Part shown: piece by piece, positions 60,899-64,000 of the stretch
Layout: each line of letters starts with the position of its first letter
Numbering within the stretch: position 1 is the first letter of the stretch
Assembly (NCBI GenBank): GCA_002189035.1
Contig: NEEC01000017.1
Coordinates: 496,001 to 560,000, forward strand
Length of the DNA: 64,000 bases
Reading direction: 5' to 3'
Origin: Utricularia gibba
Lineage: Eukaryota; Plantae; Magnoliophyta
Notes under the pieces: model-generated
What the model saw: the letters and a program-made list of their open reading frames with translations, nothing else
What the model was told of the DNA's origin: nothing
Database searches by the model: none
Program-made: the position numbers and the translations under genes

Positions 60899-61129
60899 AA
60901 TGTGTGCCAGCTTATCCATATTTGTGATATTCTCATTTCATAAATACTCTAGCCATGGAGTTTTAATTTGATCATGAATGCTTGAAGAATCTCATATTAT
61001 GATCTCATCATAATTTTTATAGCACATAGATCAAGTAAAGTATTTTATCAATGATATAAATTTGATCACAGTTCAAAGTAAATATCAAAAGATAAGATTT
61101 TCAATGAATGATTGTCTCTAGAACACATA

Positions 61130-64000
61130 CACTAAAGTAAGTGTGTATCCCATGGTACTTAGGACGTTGCAAGTGGTCATGTGGGGCATTTCCAGCATAT
61201 TTCTTCACCCCCTCCTCAAGCTGCTGAGGCAAGAGTCGTAAACTAAGCTTGGAAATGAGGTACGAAAAGGCAAAGAGTCAAGCGCCTTGGTGAAGGCGTC
61301 AGCAAGCTATTCCCTGGAAGGCAGAAACAACGGTGATAGAAAGCCAAGCTTGTATTGGTCTTGAACTACATGACAATCAATGTCAATATGTTTAGTGCGT
61401 TCGTGGAACGCCGGATTCGCCGTGATGTGCATTGCTGACTGGCTATCGCACCACAAAGGTATCGGCGCTACCACAGGTTTCAAGAGATCGTTCAAAACAT
61501 AGGAAATCCACAAGAGTTCAACGGTGGTGGCTGTCATGCTCCTATACTTAGCTTCAACAGAGGAGTGGGACATAGTGTGCTGCTTTTTCGTTTTCCAGGA
61601 TACCAAACACCCTCCTAAGAAAACATAATACCCAGTGACCGATCGCTGGGTCAAGTGACATGCTCCCCAGTCTGCATCGCAATAAGCTTCAATGGTTGAA
61701 GCCCCTACAATTGGGTAAAACAGAGCAAATCTGGCCGTGGTCATGAGATAACCCAAAAGGCGCTTTAGGGCGAGCCATTGCTCCACGCTAGGTTTATTTA
61801 CGTACTACGAGAGCTGCTGTACCACGAAGGAGATATCTGGACGCGTGAAGCTAAGATAAAGGAATTTTCCGATCAAAGCCCTGTATTCATCCAGACAATG
61901 TATAGGTGAGTCATTATCGGAGAACTTAAAACCTCGAGACATGGGATTATCCACAGCATGGATCCCAGTGAAATCCAGGCCATCTAAAATATCATGCGAG
62001 TACCTATGTTGGGAGAGGAACATCCCATCTCAAGACCGAGTGAGCACGATGCCGAAAAAATAACTAGCTTCGCCAAGATCTTTTATAGTGAATTTCATGT
62101 GCAAGGCTTTCTTCAAAGCAGTAATATCGGATAAGGAGGAACCCACTATCAAAATATAATCAACGTATACCAATAATGCCATGAAGCCATCAGAGTTCCA
62201 TCGCACAAAGATGCAAGCATCAGAGTTAGCCTGCGTGAAATTGAGAGTGCACAGGAACGTAGTGATCTCAACATTCCATTGGCGTGATGCCTGCTTAAGC
62301 CCATATAAGGATTTTTTCAAGAGGCAAGCATCCCCTGGCTTGCGAGGAAGATCATCATGAGGTGTCATATAGACTTCCTCATCTAGTCTTCCATGGAGAA
62401 ACGCATTATTCACATCGATTTGATGGAGAAGCCAGCCGTGCTTAGCGGTTAGGGCCAGTAAAATTCAAATGGTTGTTGCCTTGGGTACGGGTGCGAAGCT
62501 GTCATGGAAATCCACACCTTCGACCTGTGTATACCCCTTAGCCACCAGATGAGCCTTATATCATTCTATCTGTCCATTCGGTAGGCTTTTGATCTTATAT
62601 ACCCACTTGCACCCAATGGCACGTTTGTCTGCAGGAAGAGGGACAATATCCCAAGTGTGATTCTGGTCTAATGCTCGAAGTTCCTGCTGCATGGCATCGC
62701 ACCAACAGGGATGGCGACGAGCCTCTTGGTAATTTCGTGGCTCTATCAAGATAGGAGGGTCATTGGGTTGAGACACGCCCACCTGATAAGTATAATAATC
62801 TTTCATCTTGGTGGGTGGAAGACGGAGGCGGTCACTGCGGCGCAATTTAGCAATCTCAGAGGGCTGAATGTTGCTGTCCACCGGTGGAGCATTGTCCCCC
62901 ATGGGGTCTACAATGACAGCTAGACGTGCCAATACTTCAGACCTTACATCGTGGAGGATGCTCTGAAAAGTTGGGCATATCACCGTCACAATCCATAACA
63001 TCAGATGATGACACCTCAACAGACACACTAGAAGGGACTCCAGATCCCCTGGTGTCAAGTTCATCCTCATCATTAATAACGTCTGCTTCTGGGAAAATTA
63101 GTGGCAACAGGACATCCAGAGAGTCTAGATCAACGAAGCCCTTGAGAGGATATACATTTTCAAAGAACTTGACATCCCGTGAGATGAAGATTTCTTTAGT
63201 GCACAAGTCATATAACTTGTACCCTTTGTGATCTATAGGGTACCCCAGGAACATACACTTGCGTGCTCGAGCTGCTAGTTTATCATTTTCAGCACTAAGG
63301 TTGACTGCGTATGCTAAGTAACCAAAGATACGCATGTGGTCATATTCTGGTGGTTTATTCATCAAAACTTCAAATGGAGTTCGCCAATTTAGCACCAAAG
63401 ATGGAAGCCTGTTTATGATATAAGTGGCGGTAAGAACCGCTTCACCCAAAAGATATTAGGGAGTCTAGCTTGGAACATAAGGGCCCGTGTGACTTCTAGT
63501 ATATGCTTGTGCTTCCGCTCTACTCGTGCATTCTGTTAGGGGCATTTTGTGCAAGAAAATTGATGGTGTATGCCTTTCTTAGCATATAGGTCACGAAACT
63601 GGTGACTCAAAAATTCGCCTCCTTTATTTGATCGGATATGTTTAGTAGTGTACCCAAACTAATTTTCAGCATACTTGAGGAAGGCTTCCAAATAAGCATC
63701 GACTCCTGACTTAACATTTAGCAAGTAGATCCATGTGGCTCTAGAGAAATCATCCGCAATTGTAAGAAAGTACCGAGTGTCTGTGATCGTTGCACATTTA
63801 TAGGGACCCCATAGATCATAATGCAAGAGATAATGGGAATGAGGAGCCCATGAGGTACTTATCGGTAGTGGAACCTTATGGAACTTGGCGAAATGGCAAA
63901 AATCGCAAGGAGTTCCGTTTAGACCACAAGAAAAATTCATATGTTTGGACTTGGAATCAGAAAAGTGCCTCAATCGACAATGCCAAAGCAATGAATCGTT
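61130..64000 (-). mobile_element. Copia retrotransposon (integrase-RT-RNase H and 3' LTR), truncated by the window end
   Basis: LWHCRLRH, HYDLWGPY, DDFSRATW, AIGCKWVYKIK, NAFLHGRLDEEVYM, LLVYVDY, FHERTKHIDIDCH. PPT GAGGAGGGG then TG at 61207; left LTR boundary uncertain. Confidence 0.92.

Overview
Plant (angiosperm, probably eudicot) nuclear DNA. About 35 kb of gene-dense sequence with very short introns is followed by a retrotransposon-rich half. Protein genes: epoxide hydrolase, PLT4-like polyol transporter, STA1/PRP6, DREB A-6 ERF, DUF789, PP2C, PPR, a Ser/Arg-rich protein, a formiminotransferase-like protein, NDB dehydrogenase, B-box, bHLH117-like, MIKC* MADS, a glycine-rich wall protein and two small ORFs. 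There is one tRNA-Gln(CTG). The ORF track misses a four-member snoRNA cluster at about 30150-30935: an H/ACA RNA matching the 18S m1acp3-Psi site, a U38-like C/D RNA, and a tandem pair of C/D-like RNAs with long complementarity to 25S rRNA. A mitosis-type (MSA-promoter) gene is pseudogenised and split about 8.4 kb apart by LTR elements. Four decayed Copia elements and two MULE-like MITE candidates are also present. Nine genes carry ten single-base deletions, all in G/C homopolymers, which most likely reflects assembly consensus error. Homologue names, Arabidopsis locus IDs and rRNA target sequences are recalled from memory, not searched.
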